Part shown: positions 35,501 to 50,800 of the stretch, piece after piece
Layout: each line of letters begins with the position of its first letter
Numbering within the stretch: position 1 is the stretch's first letter
Source: Raja brachyura
Lineage: Eukaryota
Reading direction: 5' to 3'
DNA length: 64,000 nucleotides
NCBI GenBank assembly: GCA_963514005.1
Contig: OY740795.1
Span: 6,448,001 to 6,512,000 of the forward strand
The notes under the pieces: generated by a model
Told to the model about the DNA's origin: nothing
Database searches by the model: none
What the model saw: the letters and a program-made list of their open reading frames with translations, nothing else
Program-made: the position numbers and the translations under genes

Positions 35501-38500
35501 GCCATTAACTGTATATGTTTCCCCGTACATTTGACCCCCCAAAGTCCAACACCTCGCACTTGTCCAGATTAAACCCCACCTGTGATTTCTTCACCTAAAT
35601 CTGCAATTGACCTGTATCCTGCAGTATCCTTTGACAGCCTTCTTCACTGTCTGCAGCTCCACTCATTTTTGTGTTATCTGCAAAATTCCCAACAAACCCA
35701 TCTACATCGCAGCCGTCCCAATACTGATCCCTGAAGAACATCAGTGGTCTCCGATTTGCAACCTGAATGACACCCTTCCACCACCACCTTCTGTCTTTGA
35801 TAGGTAAGTCAGTTCAGAATGCAGATTGCTATGTCACCGTGGATCCCATGCCTCTTAATCTTCTGGATTAGCCACCATGAGGGACCTTGTTAAATCCTTT
35901 ACTCATGCCTGACAGAAGTTTCTTGTGTCCTGCGTTTTGTAATTGTTGCTTGATTTAGTCACTGTTTAGTTTATTATTGTCATGTGTACCAGGGTACAGT
36001 GAAAAGCTTTTTAGGGTATGGTACTGCAATAAGTTTTACCCTGTCTTGCACCAGCCAGGAAATCAGACAATTTGACCAGAGCCTGTTGAGCTGAGTTATT
36101 TCAGCATTGGAACAAATAGATTGTGGTGAATCCGTGGAAACACTGCCGCAGACGGCTGTGGTGGCCAAATCAATGGATATTTGTAAGGCAGAGTTAGATG
36201 GATTATTTATTAGTACGGGTGGCATGGTTATGTGGAGAAGGTATGAGAATGTGGTGGGGAGGGAAAGATCGATCAGCCATGATTGAATGGCGGAGTAGAC
36301 TTGATGGGCCGAATGGCCTAATTTTTCTCCTGTCACTTGTGAAGTCCAAGGACCCACATCCACGACCCAACACTCATCACCTCCTCAAAAAACGGAATCA
36401 AGGTTTCAAGACATGACCCACCCCAGACAAAGCTAGGCGAACTGTTCCTAATCAGCCATTTCTCTTCAAACTGGAAATACATCCTACCCCGAAGGATCCT
36501 CTCCCTTAGCTTCCCTACTATTGATGTGAGACTCACCAGCCTATAATTTCCTAGAATATCCGTTTTTTTAAATAAAGGAAATCATTGGCTACTCTCCAGT
36601 CCTTGTGGCTAGAAATGATACAAATATCTTTGACAAGGCCCTGGCAATCCCCTCTCTGACAATAATGGGATATATCGCATTAAGCCTGGCGACTTATCCA
36701 CCATAATGCTTTTCAATAGACCCTCGATTTCGGATTGGGACCCGTCTTCAGGGTAGGGAGGAGGGCAGGACAAAGCATAGCAGATAATAGATGAACACAG
36801 GCAAGGGGTGGGTTGATAGGTAGATGGTTAGACAAAAATCCATAGGAAAAAAAATGAATATGAGACAAAAGGATTGAAGAAGTTGAAAATTGTGGAGTCA
36901 GAGGAAGGAATGTAGGAGGAGGGGTGAAACAGGTGCCAGTCCAGGTGGGACACAGGAGGGGGTTGTTAGACGTACCTAAAATTGGAGAATTCAACATTCA
37001 TACCATTAAGCGGAATATGAGGTGCTGCTCTTCCAGTTTGCATGTGGCCTAACTCTGGCAATGGAACAAAAAGGTGAAGTGATTCACTGCTTTTAAGGGT
37101 GATGGTGAACGAACTGTTATTGTTTTACGGTTTGTTTAACAATATTCAGTAATACCTAATTCAACAATAACAAAACAAAAAAACTAATAAATGTTATGCA
37201 TTGATGGGAGCTAAAAGATAGTTGCTGAGAACAGCATGTTCTTGAGTCAGTCAGAGAGCAGGATTAACTGGACTTGGTGTTGTGAAGTGAGATGACATTA
37301 ATTAGTGACATGGTGTTCCAGAGTAGCAGCAGTTCGATAGAGCTCTTAAAGATAGCTGAGTCAGAGGATATGGGGAGAAGGCAGGAATGGGGTACTGATT
37401 GCAATGATCAGCCATGAACACATTGATTGGCGGTGCTGGCTTGAAGGGCCAAATGGCCTACTCCTGCACCTATTGTCTATTGTCCATCATTATATGATTG
37501 AATTTCACATTCAGTTTGTGGAGAGAAGAACAGATCCAAGATCAGTATTTGAAACTTAAATATGGTCAATGACAAGGGCATGAAAGCTGAGCTAGCTAAT
37601 ATGAATTGGCTTATGGCATTAACTCAGCGTGTTAAGCGGTATCTCTGGAGAATATCGATCGGCAACGTTTTGAATCGGGACCCGACTCCAGACATCGACT
37701 GGTGACTCAAAATAGAGGGGGGGAAATGGTTTGATTACTTTTTTCAGTTTAGTTTGGAGATACTGCGTGGAAACAGGCCCACCAACGATCACCCCAACCC
37801 TATCCTACACACTCTGGGTGATTTTACAGAAGCCAATAAACCTACAAAACGGCACGGGAGAAAACTGGAGCACATGGAAAATGCCCATGCAGTCACAGGG
37901 AGAATGTGTAAACTCCAAACACACAGCACCCATAGTCAGGACAGAACCCAGGTCTCTGGCGCTATAAGGCAGCAGCTCTACTGCTGTGCCACCGTGCCGT
38001 CCAATGTAGGACTGGCCTCTAAAGCATATCATTACAAAGGACATGGGCATCAAGCAATTGGACAGAATACAATACAAGCAAAGAATGACTATAATAATGA
38101 AGGAAAAATGAAAGTATGGAATAAAGTCAGCGAGAAATCTAGAATCTTCTAAAAACATATAAGAAGAGTTTCTGTAGATGTTTAAAAAATAAAAGATTTA
38201 ACAAAGTCAGTACAATACTGGAAAAAAAATCCTTATCTCCTTCTTCAGCATAGACATTTAATCTATGCAGGCTCTTGGAGCCCTCTCATCAGAAACTTTC
38301 CCCCACCTTCTAACATGTACCCTATTCTCTGTCACATCCATATTAACTGGAGCAGATGTTTCCGGTAGTGGGAGAGTCTAGGACCGGAGGGCACAGCCTC
38401 AGAATAGAAGGACACACCTTTAGAATGCAGGTGAAGAGGAATTTCTTTAGCCAGAGGGTGGTGAATCTGTGAAATTCATTGCCGTAGGAGGCCATTAGGT

Positions 38501-41363
38501 GTTTTTAAAGCAGAGATTGATAGGTTCTTGATCAGCAAAAGGCATCAAAGTTTACGGGGAGAAGGCAGGAGAATGGGGTTGAGAAGAAAAAATAGTTTCT
38601 ATCAATCTCTGCCATAAAAATACCCAATGACTTGGCCATCACAGCTGTCTACGGCAATGGATTCCACAGATTCTCCACCCTGTGGTTAAAGAAATTCCTC
38701 CTCATCTCTAATATGAAGGTACATCCCTTTATTCTGAGACTGGATCCTCTAGTTCTAGACTCTTCTATTACCGGAAACAACCTTCCCATGTCCCCACCAT
38801 CTGGTATGTTTCAATGGGACTTCCCCCCCCCCCCACCCCCACCCCTATCCTTCTAAACTCCAAGGCCCAGAGACTTTTAAAACTCCTCATACATTAACCT
38901 AATTATCCCCTGGATCATTCTCATGAATCACCTCTGGACCCTCTCCAAAGCCAGCACATCCTTCTTCAGATATGGAGCCCAAAACTGCTCACAGCGTTCC
39001 AAATGTGGCCGCACCAGTGCCCAATAAAGCATAACTCCTACTGGTTACTTCTGCTCCTATTTTCTGCGTAGTTTGTATCGTGGAGTGGGTTGCTTGTCTT
39101 TTGGTGACACTCAAAGTAGTCAGTCTTTTCAGATCCCGACAGGTTTGATTAGTTCTTGTCCCGTGTTCTCCAACTTGACCACAGAGATGCATATCTAAGG
39201 AAAGTATTGCAGAGAATCAGTGAAATGTGAAATACGGCAATAGAAAAGTAATAACTTGCATTTCTCCGCGGTTGCAGTACTGTCTAAAGACGATGCAGCC
39301 CAACTACAGTCAAATAATCTGATGGGGCAGCAGCAATGGAGGCAACACTGACAAAAACTTTCCAATTCTGATCTCAGTCAAGCGACACCAGGGACCACCC
39401 ACAGATCTCAATGATCCTTTCATCCACTCTTTTGGTATAGGTTTATTATTGTCACGTGTCCCAAAGTGCAGTGTATATCTCTCCCTACCTCCCCTCCCCC
39501 TCCCCCTCCACCTACATTCCATCCTCTGGTTTATCAATTTGCAACTCTCATACCTTCTGCTTTAATCTCTGGCCGGTTCTAACCATCTGCCTATCAAAAA
39601 ACCTTGCCTGCCACACACTTTATCCTACCCCACTTCACTCCCAGCTTTCGTTCCCATACCCCTCCCCAACCCCCCCCCCCCCCCCCCCCCACACACACAC
39701 ACTATCAGTCTGAGGAAGTCCTGACCCAAAACGTTAACTATCCATGTTCCCCAGAGATGCTGCCTGACCCACTGAGTTACTACAGCACTTTGCATCCTAC
39801 AGTGAAACACTTTGTTTGCATGCTATCCAAATAGATCAAATAATACTATGCACTTAATAATTGAGTCAAACTCGAGTACAATAGTTGGACAAAGGAGTAC
39901 TTGCAAGAGCAGGAATATATTCTAAGCCCATTGACATCTATGCAGCAGTAGACTGGGAGAAGACACATCCTTCAAACACAAAATGGAGGAAAGGCGAGAC
40001 TTAAAAATTATCCAAGGTGCCATTCCAGGAGTCAGTTTGCATCCTTTTCTAAATTTGCTAAATGCAAGATGTACCCATGGATGCATTAGAACTACCAAAC
40101 CCTTCTAAATGTAGAAACAAGGATCGACACAAAGTGTTCAAAGTGCAGCATCTCTGGTGAACATGGACAGTTGATGTTTCCTTTTAAATGTTTATTCGGG
40201 AATTTTTGCTTGTAGACTTTAATCAGTGAGTCCTCTTACTTCTTAATTAAAGATCCAAGGGCCGGCTATGATCTGCTGTTAAGATCTGTAATACATTGCC
40301 TGAAATGGGTGACAGAGTGGCGCAGCGGTAGAGTTGCTGCCTTACAACAGCAGAGACCCAGGTTTGATCCTGACCACTGGTGCTGTCTGTACAGAGTTTT
40401 ACATTCTCCCTGTGACCGCGTGAGTTTCTCCGGGTGATCCGGTTTCCTCCCACATTCCAACGACGTGCAGGTTTGTAGGTTAATTGGCTTCTGTAAATTG
40501 TCCCTAGTGCGTGTAGGGTAGAACTAGTGTATGGGTGATCGTTGGTCGGTGCAGACACGGTGGGACGAAGGGCGTGTTCCACGCTGCATCTCCAAACTAA
40601 ATCAAACTAAACTAAATTGCAGATAGTCACAAAAAGCTGGGGTAACTCAGCCAATCAGACAGCATCTCTGGAGAAAAAGGAACAGGTGATGTTTCGGGTC
40701 GAGATCTTTCTTCAGATAGTCTGGGAAAATGGGAAACGAGAGATATAGACAGTGATATGGAGAGATATGGGACCAATTATTGACTGATATGCAAAAAAGT
40801 AATGATGATAAAGGAAAGGCCTTTGTTAGCTGTGGGCTGGATGTCATTTCAATAATGGACTTCAAAGTACGGAAAGTTATTTGGAAGTCTGAAAGTAAAA
40901 AATAAATTGCAGGATTATGGGGCGAAAGTAGGGGCAATGAAGCAATGTCTTCTCTGCAAGGCGCCAGCCTAGATTTGGTGGGATGTGAAGCTTGCTTCTT
41001 CCTGTAACAATTGTATGACTCTGATTTTATACATTACATCCTGGCACAGAGCTACTGATTACTGAATGTTTCAATTTCGGGACAGGATTGTGTTTTAAAA
41101 GTGTGCTCATGTGACTTCCTCTGTAATCTTATCACAAAATTCCAAAAGGTACAAGCCATTCTTTTGACTTCTTACAGTGATTGACACAAAGTACCTCAGT
41201 TTTTCCTCCACATGTCCACACTCATTTTTTTTCCTCAACTGAGATCATTCTGCTTTCCCGCATAAAGAAGAACATGGGTTTGATTAGAAAGTAAAGTTCT
41301 CCCTACAATGATCTCGGAGCGGGTAATACCGATATCAACTTTTCCTTTTCCCCTGACTCTCAT

Positions 41364-41391
41364 CTGAAGAAGGGTCTCGACCCGAAACGTC
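41364..41391 (+). ncRNA. Minimal type I hammerhead ribozyme core (Penelope-associated); identical cores at 41943-41970(+), 45917-45944(+), 22308-22335(-), 26628-26655(-)
   Basis: CUGAAGA + extra A + stem II GGGU/ACCC with CUCG loop + GAAA + CG + UC (palindromic ACGU at helix III). Stem I is only ~1-2 bp, so activity is unproven. Confidence 0.65.
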
Positions 41392-41887
41392 ACCCATTCC
41401 TTCTCTCCGGAGATGCTGCCTGTCCCGCTGAGTTACACCAGCATTTTGTGTCTATCTCCAGTTCAAACCAGCATCTGCACTTCCTTCCTACACATTTTCC
41501 CAACTATTTATTGTCACGTGTACCGAAGTACATTGAAAAAATCCAGTTGCGTGCTAACCAGTCAGCGGAAAAACAATACATGATTATAATCGAGCCATCT
41601 ACAGTGTACAGATAAATGGTGAAAGGAATAATGTTTAGTGCAATATAAAGTCCTGTAAAGTCTGTTTGAAGATAGTCCAAGGGTCTCCAATGAGGTAGAT
41701 AGTAGCTCAGGACTGCTCTCTAGTTGTTGGTACCACCTATACTTTCAACTGTACTACCTATCACTTGTCAGGCTTTGTCCCACTCCCACGTCTTCCCCAG
41801 CTTTCTCTCCCCCACTACAATCAGTCTGAAGAAGAATCCCAACCCGAAAAGTCACCTCAATGTCCGCCAGAGATGCTGCCTGGCACT

Positions 41888-42036
41888 GCAGATGCTGGAG
41901 AATCGAGGGTTACACAAAAAGCTGGAGAAACTCAGCGGGTGCCTGAAGAAGGGTCTCGACCCGAAACGTCGCCTATCTCCTTCGCTCCTTAGATGCTGCT
42001 GCACCCGCTGAGTTTCTCCAGCTTTTTGTGTAACCC
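41888..42036 (+). mobile_element. Penelope-derived fold-back insertion with 15-bp TSD, nested in an older copy of the same superfamily
   Basis: ATGCTGCCTGGCACT at 41873-41887 and 42037-42051; inverted GGGTTACACAAAAAGCTGGAGAAACTCAGCGGGTGC arms. Confidence 0.82.
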
Positions 42037-45000
42037 ATGCTGCCTGGCACTCTGAGTAATTGCAGCACATTGTGTTTTGAGCAGGTAATATATGGGTCAG
42101 ATGTTAAAAAGAAAGGATGACATACATTGCCCTTCATGGCCTCCGATATTCCAAAAGTGTGGCACAATGGTGCAGCAGCTAATGCCTCTCAGCTCTAGTA
42201 AAACAGTTTTAATTCCGATTTTTTGTGTTACCTGCATGGAGTTTGCAGGTTTTCTCTGCGGCCTCACGGATTTTCCCCAGCTACTCCGATTTCTTCCCAC
42301 ATCCCAAAGGTTAATGGCTACTGTAATTTACCTCTGGGGTAGGGGAATCAGAGTGGAGTAGATGAGCATGTGAGAGAATAGTTTACCAGGAAATAACTGA
42401 CGGGAATGCATGGGTGAAGATACAGCATAGATTCAATGGATGAATGGCCTCCTCTGCACTTTAGACTTTAAAGTTACCTTTCGTCCCGCCGAATCTCCTC
42501 CGATCAGCGAATACACCGTACGCTAGCACTATCTTACATACTGGGGACAATATACAATTTTGAGGAAGCCAATTAACTTACCAACCTGTACGTCTTTCGA
42601 GTGTGGGAGGAAACCGGAGCACCAGGAGAAATGCTACGCAGTCACAGGGAGAATGTCCAAAATATTGTGTATATGGAACGACATTGCCGTTACTTTTCGC
42701 TGTACCTCAGTACACATGACAATAAAGTAAACGCAACTCAAATCAAGAACCAAAGGACATAGTTTAAGATGAGAGGGGAAAGATTTTATAGGAATCTGAG
42801 GGCAACTTTGTTTCACACAGAATGGAGGGTATAAGCTGCCAGAGGAGGTAGTTAAGCCTCGTAGTATAACAGCATTTACTATTGGCCCTCATAATTTCGT
42901 AAACCCTTTAAAGTTGCCCTTCAGCCTCCTTTGCTCCAGGGAAAACAATCCCAGCCTATCTAGTTTCTCCTTGCAACTGGAGCTCTCCAGTTCAGGCAAC
43001 ATTCCTGTGGATCTTTCCTGCATCCTCTCTGGCTTAATCACATCCTTCCTCAGGCCTGGTAATCGGAACTGCACACAATACTCCGAGTGTGGTCAAATTA
43101 GGGCAAATTATACAACTGCAACATGACATTACAACTCGTACTCAGTGCCGTGGCGGACGAAGACAAGAGTGCCATACGCCTTCTTTGCCATCTACCTTTA
43201 TTTCCACTTTTAGGCAATTATGTACTTGTCCCCCAGCACATTGATCGAGTGACAAAGAAGGTGTTACTCTCCCAACACCTCTACTTTCTTAAAGTGATTC
43301 AACATGCCACTGAATACTGCAGCAACGTTTTACAGATGTACTGTAGAAAATATACTTACTAACTGGTTGCATCATGGCCTGCTATGGCAATTGCAATGCA
43401 CAGAAGTACAACAGGCTACTGAGAGATTTGCTGCCTTACAGCACTTACAGCACCAGAGACCCGGGTTCGAACCCGACTACAGGTGGTGTCTGTACGGAGT
43501 TTGTACATTCTTCCTGTGACTGCTTGGATTTTCTCTAAGATCTTCGGTTTCTTCCCATACTCTTAAGACGTACAGTATTGTAGGTTAATTGGCTTGGTAT
43601 AAATGTAAATTGTCCCTAGTGTGTGTAGGATAACGTTAATGTGTGAGGATTGTTGGTCGGTGCAGGCTCGGTGGGCGGAAGGGTCTGTTCCCACGCTGTA
43701 TCTCTAAACTAAAAAACTAAAGTGGTGGACTCAGTCCAGTTCATCACGGACGCAACGCTCCCCTCCATCGAAGAGCATCTACACTAGGCGCTGCCTCAAG
43801 AAGGCAGCATTTATCATCGAGGATCCCCACCATTTGACCCATGCCCTTTTCTCACTGCTATTATTTGGCTGGAGGTATAGAAGCCTGAAGTCCCACATCC
43901 TTCAGGATCAGGAATAGATACTTGATGTAGGAGCGATCTTTTGGAGCTGCAATGGCGATTTACAGTATTTTATAAATCAATTTTTTTGCCAGACCTGACT
44001 TGCATTGAAAACATTGTTGCCTTTTGCAAGGTATTTTGGAATATGCTTTGGTCTATGCTGGGAGTGCAGGTAAACTCGAACAACAATAGTACTTCCAGGA
44101 CACCAGCAGATTTAAACTAAGGGTGTGCACTTTATTCTGATCTAGCAGCAAGTAACAACAACACCTGATGCTTATTTCTGTTTTAGTTTAGAGTTAGAGC
44201 ATGGGAATAGACCCTTTGGCCCATCTAGTCCACACTGGCCATTGACCACCTGTTCAGACTGGTTCTATGTTTTGTATGCACTTTTGTACGCACTCCCTAC
44301 ACACTAGGGGACAATTTAAAGAGGCTAATTAACCTACAAACCCATACGTCTTCATAATGTGGGAGGAAATTGGAACACCTGGACGAAAACCACGCGGTCA
44401 CAAGGAGAACGTAAAAACACCATACAGAGAGCTCCCGAGGTCAGGATTGAACCCGGGACTGACTTAACTAATCCTGCCTCCTGAGATTTCTGATGAAGGG
44501 CCATTAACTTGAACCATTAACACTATATCCTTTTAAGGCAGGTAAACGTCCTAAAGTTTAAGAAAGAACTGCAGATGCTGGTAAAATCGAAGGTAGACAC
44601 AAAATGCTGGAGTAACTCAGTGGGTGAAGCAGCATCTATGGAGAGAAGGAATTGGTGATGTTTCAGGTCGAGACCCTTCTTCAGACTGCAGCTCGATGTC
44701 TAAACATCCTAAAGTGCTAAGTTGGAGCACAATCAGACAAAAAACAGGACATACATGAAGAGATAACACTGCAGTCTCTGTTGCAAGGATTTTCATCTTC
44801 CACTGACATTAGGAAAATCTTTAGATAAAGTAAAGGTTAAGAGTAAAATATTGTTTCCTAATGCTACTTGATCGTACCCCCACATTAAAAGACATTTGGA
44901 GAGGTACATGGGTAAGAAAGGTTGAGAGGGATATGGGCCAAATGTGTTCAGGTGGGACTAGTATAGATGGGGAATCTTGATTGGCATAGGCAAGTTGGGC

Positions 45001-47309
45001 TGAAGGGTCTGTTTCTGTGCTATATGACTATGCATACCCAGGTGCCTTTGACCTGCTGAGTATTTCTAGCCTGGTCTGGACTTTTCTATTCCAGATTTCC
45101 AGCATCTGCTGAGGAATCGGGTCAAATCTTTCCACTTTGTGCCAGTTTTATTGAAAGATACTGGGTTAGATGGGGAGGTGGGGGGGTAATAGGGAGAGCA
45201 GGAGGAACTGTGATTCATTCTCAATGTTGGCTGAATCAGCCCCTTTTCAACACATGTCAGGGATCAGCAGAGCAAGTAGCAGGTGTGCCGTGATGAGATA
45301 ACATCACACAGGCTGATCAATGCTTGGAGGAGGTCTGCTTGAATTTAGCCAGAGGGATCCAGGCTAAAGGTCAGAGTCCAGTTGAAACTGTATACAGCAA
45401 GAATTAGTGCCAGCATTGGAAACCTTCCAAAATTACATATCAATGTGAACGATGCTAAAAGTAACGCAAGAACAAAAAATAGTAGATATTTTAAAATCGT
45501 GTGTAGGAAGGAACTGCAGATGCTGGTTTAAACTGAAGATAGACACAAAATGTTGTATTAACTTAGCGAGACAGGCAGTATCTCTGGGGAGAAGGAATGG
45601 GTGATGTTTCGGGTCGAGTACCTTCTTCAGACGGATGAACTGCAGATTAGTCGGAAGGAACTGCAGATGCTGGTTTAAACCGGATAGATACAAATCTACT
45701 CCACAAATGTTGCCTGACTTGCTGAGTGACTCCTGTACTTAGTATTTTACTCAAGATTCCAGCATCTGCCGTCCCTTATGCCTGCAGATACTGGAAAAAT
45801 GCCTGCCATTGTTTATTGCTATATTGACACAAAAAGCTGGAGTAAGCTCAGCGGGACAGACAGTATCTCTGGAAAAAAGGAATAGGTGCGGTTTCGGGTC
45901 AAGACCGTCCTTCAGACTGAAGAAGGGTCTCGACCCGAAACGTCACCTATTCCTTTTCTCCAAAGAACTGCAGATGCTGGCTTACACCAAAGAGAGACAC
46001 ACAAAGTGCTCGTGAAACTCAGCAGATCCTACAGCATCTCCGGAGATAAAGGATAGGTGATGTTTTAGGTCGGGACCCTATTTCAGATTGAAATTAAGTG
46101 CTGTGTGGGGGGATGGGGTGTGGGGGGGCTGGGGTGTGGGGGCCGGGGGGGAGGGGGGAGCGGCGGCGGCGGCAGGTGGAAAGACCTGGACAACAGATGA
46201 CCTCAAGCAAAATTGTGTTGTTTAGAAATTCTTTGAACATTTTGTCCATTGTAATTGGAGGTGGACAAAAGGGTTGTTCAAATGAATTAAGTCATTGGAA
46301 ATGGAAGTTCCTATAATGAGATATCCAAGATCCGGTCAACTGGGACTGTCAAACTTTGACTTGAGGCAAAAAAGAAGTGTGAGTGCATTACATTCTCACA
46401 TTGTACAAAAATTACATCGCCTTTAATTTAGCCCCAGGATTAGGCTCTGTCAACAGGAATCCATAAACGGAGATCAAGCTCAACAAATCTGTTGACACAA
46501 GGAACTGCAGATGCAGGTTTACAAAACAAAAGACGCAAAGTGCTAGATTAAATCTCCGGGTCAGGCAGTATCTCTGGAGGATACGAGGAGACACCATTTT
46601 GAGTCGTGACTTTTTTTCAACAAATCTGTTAGTTTTATTAACACTATCCTACAGGGAGGGAGGCTAGGGAGGATACATCTTTGGAGTGTGGGAGAAAACC
46701 AAAGATCTCAGAGAAAACCCACACAGTCGTGCGTTGCAGCAAGTATATATTTTGAGTTTCCAAAAGCCCACGTTAAGGTGCTACACCAGATTATTGACAA
46801 AATTAGAGCACACAATATTCGGGGGTAAAATACTAGCTTGCATTGATTTTGTTGATGGATCGAGTAGGGATAAGTTAGTGAATATTAGTAGGTGATGAAT
46901 CGGTTGTCCAGGATATCAATGATATTCATGATTTGGATGAGAGAACAACTATAATATATCTAAGATGTAGAAAAAGACATGCAGTGCTGGTGCAACTCAG
47001 TGGATCAGGCAGCATCTCTGGAGACATGGATATGCGACGTTTCGGGTGAGCTTTCTTTAAGGGTTCATGCTCCATATTTGGCTATTCATGTTCTCCAGAG
47101 ATGCTGCCTGACTCATTGAATTACTCCAGAACATTGTGTCTTTTTTTAATAATATATCCAAGTTTGCTGATGATACAAATCAGGAATGGCAGTTTGAGAT
47201 GCGAGGAGGATGCGGGCAGTTTCCTGGAGACAAAAGCATACCAAGAGAATGCAAAAAAAAAAGTCAAATATATATAGTTTGGTAGAATGAAATAGGAATA
47301 ATGAAATAG

Positions 47310-47838
47310 AGTATAGTGCTTCTACTCAGCAGCTGTGGAAAGCATCTTGTCCGGAAATATTACAATCTGGTTTTGGAATCGCTCTGCCCAGGACAAGAAG
47401 GCTCTGCAGAGAGTAGTGCATTCGGCAGAATGCACTATGGGAACTTCACTCGCCCCTCTGCAGGAACTATACATCAGGAGGTGCAACTCCAGAGCCAATA
47501 AGATAATGGGAGACCCCTTCCACCCCTGCAGTGGACTGTTCCGGCTGCTACAGTCAGGCAAACGCCTCCGTTGCCATGCTGTGAGAACGGAGAGGTTGAG
47601 ATGGAGTTTCTTCCCAGAGGCCATTAGGACTGTAAACTCCTATCTCACCAGGGACTAACTTTACTGTACCACAATACCGCCCACAATATTTAATATGTAA
47701 AAGAACATGTGATTCTGTTCCATTCTGTTTGTAGTTTGTTGGTTGTTTGGTTGTTTTTTGCACAAAGTCCGCAAGCACTGCCACTTTTCATTTCACTGCA
47801 CATTCCGTATGGGTATGTGATGAATAAACTTGACTTGA
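47310..47838 (+). mobile_element. Rex/Babar LINE 3' end
   Basis: ESILSGNITIWF...QSGKRLRCHAVRTERLRWSFFPEAIRTVN, UTR ending AATAAACTTGACTTGA. Sits within a fragmented CR1 (~46750-48860). Confidence 0.85.
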
Positions 47839-50800
47839 AGGCAGAGTATTTCATTAATGTTAGAAAATTGAGATGAGCTGATGTTCAGAGGGATCTAAGT
47901 ATCCTTCTACATAAATCACTGAGTGCTGAGGTACAGGTTCAGTAGATAACACATGGTATGTTGGTATTCATGGTAAGAAGATTAGAGTGCAAACGTAAAG
48001 AGTCTCCAATTTCCATAGAACCCTGATGAAGCCACATCTGGAAAATTGTGTATACGAAGGGATTGCAGATGCTGGCTTATACCGAGGATAGAAACAAAAT
48101 GATGGAGTAACTCAACGGGTCAGGCATCATCTCTGGAGAAAAGGAATCAGTGATATTTTGGGTCGAGACATTTCTTCAGACTGAGAGTCAGGGGAGATGG
48201 AAACTAGAGATTGAAGAGGTACAAAGAACAAATGAATTAAAGGTATGTAAAAGGACAAATCAAAGCCAGCAACGATAATCAAGGAAAGGTGGAGCACAGG
48301 TGGAGCAACAATGGTCTGTTGTTGGCTGTGGTGTAGGGCTGGTCTTACTACCCAAGGGAGGATGTACTTGCAATGGAGAGAATCCAACAAAGGTTCACCA
48401 GATTTATTCCTGAACTGTGGTGTTTGTTGCACGAGCAGAAATGATACAAACTGGGCTTTATAAATATTAGAGGTGATCTCATTGAAACCTGCAAAATTCT
48501 TACAGGGTTCGACAGGTAGATGTTGAGATTGATTACAAACAATAGTCACTGTTGCAAAATAAGGGATGGGCATTCAGGACAGAATGAGAAGAAGGTGGCG
48601 AATCTTTGGAATTCAGTGCCCAAGAGGCTGGATTTCTGACATGCTCAGCATAGAACAGTACGCCACAAGAACATGCCTTTTGGCCCACAATGTCGGTGCC
48701 GAACAAGGGGCCAAATTAAACTCATCTCCTCTTGCCTGCACGTGATCCATATCTCTGTTCCCTGCAAAACCATGTGCCCATCCAAAAGCCTCTTAAACAC
48801 CGCTGGCGTATCTCACGTATTCAAGGCAGAAACTTTTAGATACGAAGGGAATCAAGGGTTATGGATTTAGTGCAGGAAAGTGCCGCATGTGATATGTAAA
48901 ACATTAACAGTGATTTTACTGAATGGTGAAGCAGGCGTCAGGGGCCAAATGGATCTCGACCCGAAACGTCAACTATCCTTTTTTTTTCTCTCCAGAAATG
49001 GTGTCTGACCCGCTGAGTTGCTCCAGCATTTCTGTGTCTATCTTTAACAAATGGCCCACAACCAGCTTCTCTTTCTTATATTTCGTCGGACTCGCGAGTT
49101 CTGGAAGCAGACATTAGCATCAGTCAGATAGATCAGTGATTTAAAAAAAACTGACTTTTCCAGTATTGCTGCTTGAAAAGGCTTGACTTCACTGCAAGCT
49201 CTTGCACAAGACATGTCATAAAAACATTTCGTGAAGTATTCGACAAACATCGCATACCAGTGGGCAGCCCTCTCTGCAGCCTGATAGAAGTGCATTCCTT
49301 TCCAGCTCTCTCAGCGCTCGCTGTGCGCTCACCAAGGGCTGGCTGCGGCGTGGTGGTTGAAATATGTGCTCATTATCTGAAATATCAAAAGGTGCAACAG
49401 AAGACTTTTAACGTCTGCCAAGAAGCTGGAGGAGGAACACGGGGGGGGGGGGGGGGGGCTTGAACGGGACCTTTCTCACCCCACCTGCCATCGGAGAAGA
49501 GCTTAAAAAACAACCAAAAGGATACAGATGTGCCTCGCAGAGCAGAAAAAGCAACTTTACAATCGTTCCTGTCCAAAGAGATACGACACGGTGAAAAATG
49601 GGGTGTATTTATTTATTTTTGGGTTTCGCCAAATGATCACATCTTCTGCCTTTCAACCTTGCTTCAGAGCATCACACCTTACGAGTGATTTTGCTGGAGC
49701 CTCTCCTATCCTGTGGCTGGCGTGAGTGGGTGTTGATTAGCTGAGCTGCCTCTGCTCTCCTCCTTCCCCCCCCCCCCCCCCCCTCTTAACTTTATCAGGA
49801 AAGGAGCTCTTCCCTCCAGTAAGTGATTACTGGATGTCTGCCTTGAGCAGTGGGAAGTACAGCCGCTGACCCAGCTTTGCTCACACCCAGCTTCCTTCCT
49901 TCGCTGCAAGATTCATCCAGGCAGAGTGTGACTCGAATACATCTCCGCTTGGTTGGGGGGGGAAAAAAAACCTCAAGCATGTTGCCAGCGGACATGGCTG
50001 TGTGCGCGGAGAGAGCTGGATACTGAAGCCGAACAGCAGGAGATCCCATTTCCAACACAACCGAGCGATGATGTTTGGCAGAAACAGCATCTTCGGAATA
50101 GGAAACTCCTGGAAAAAAGGTAGGGATTAGAAGCGCGTCGCGTCGTCTGTTGGCCGGTGTAACAGTTTTCAACGCATCCAGTTTTTTAGTGAGTTAACTT
50201 GGGTTGCACCGAAACGCCTTCTAAACCTGCCAAATCTATAGCTGTCAGATAGACAAAAAACAGCTGGAGTAACTCAGCGGGACGGGCAGCATCTCTGGAG
50301 AGAAGGAATGGGTCCCTTCTTCGGACTGAAAGTCTGAAGAACGGTCCCGACCCGAAACATCACCCATTCCTTCTCTCCCGAGATGCTGCCCGTCCCACTG
50401 AGTTACTCCAGCTTTTTGTGTCTATCTTCGGTTTAAAACAGCAGGATCTGCAGTTCCTTCCGACGCGTCTAGCTGTTATGTCTTTTCAATCCCATCCCCC
50501 TGTCCAGTGGAACCCTGCAGGTCACAGAGTCAGGATTAGAACTGAGTTGACCCGTTGAGTGCCCTCTGATTTAATCCTGCGTATAAATCAGTTCGGCAGC
50601 CCTGCCGCGGTGCTGAGCACGGTGCTATTCCGAGAGGCCTGGCTGGACCTTTCAACCCCCATCAGGTTTGGATTTATGACCAAAGTCGCAGACAGCCAAG
50701 AGTTTGGGTCAGGGGAAAACCCGTGGTGAAAGTGCTACTGGTTCCAACCTCTGCACCCCTACCCCACCACCCTCAAACCTCGCCCCGAGGCCAGCGATCA

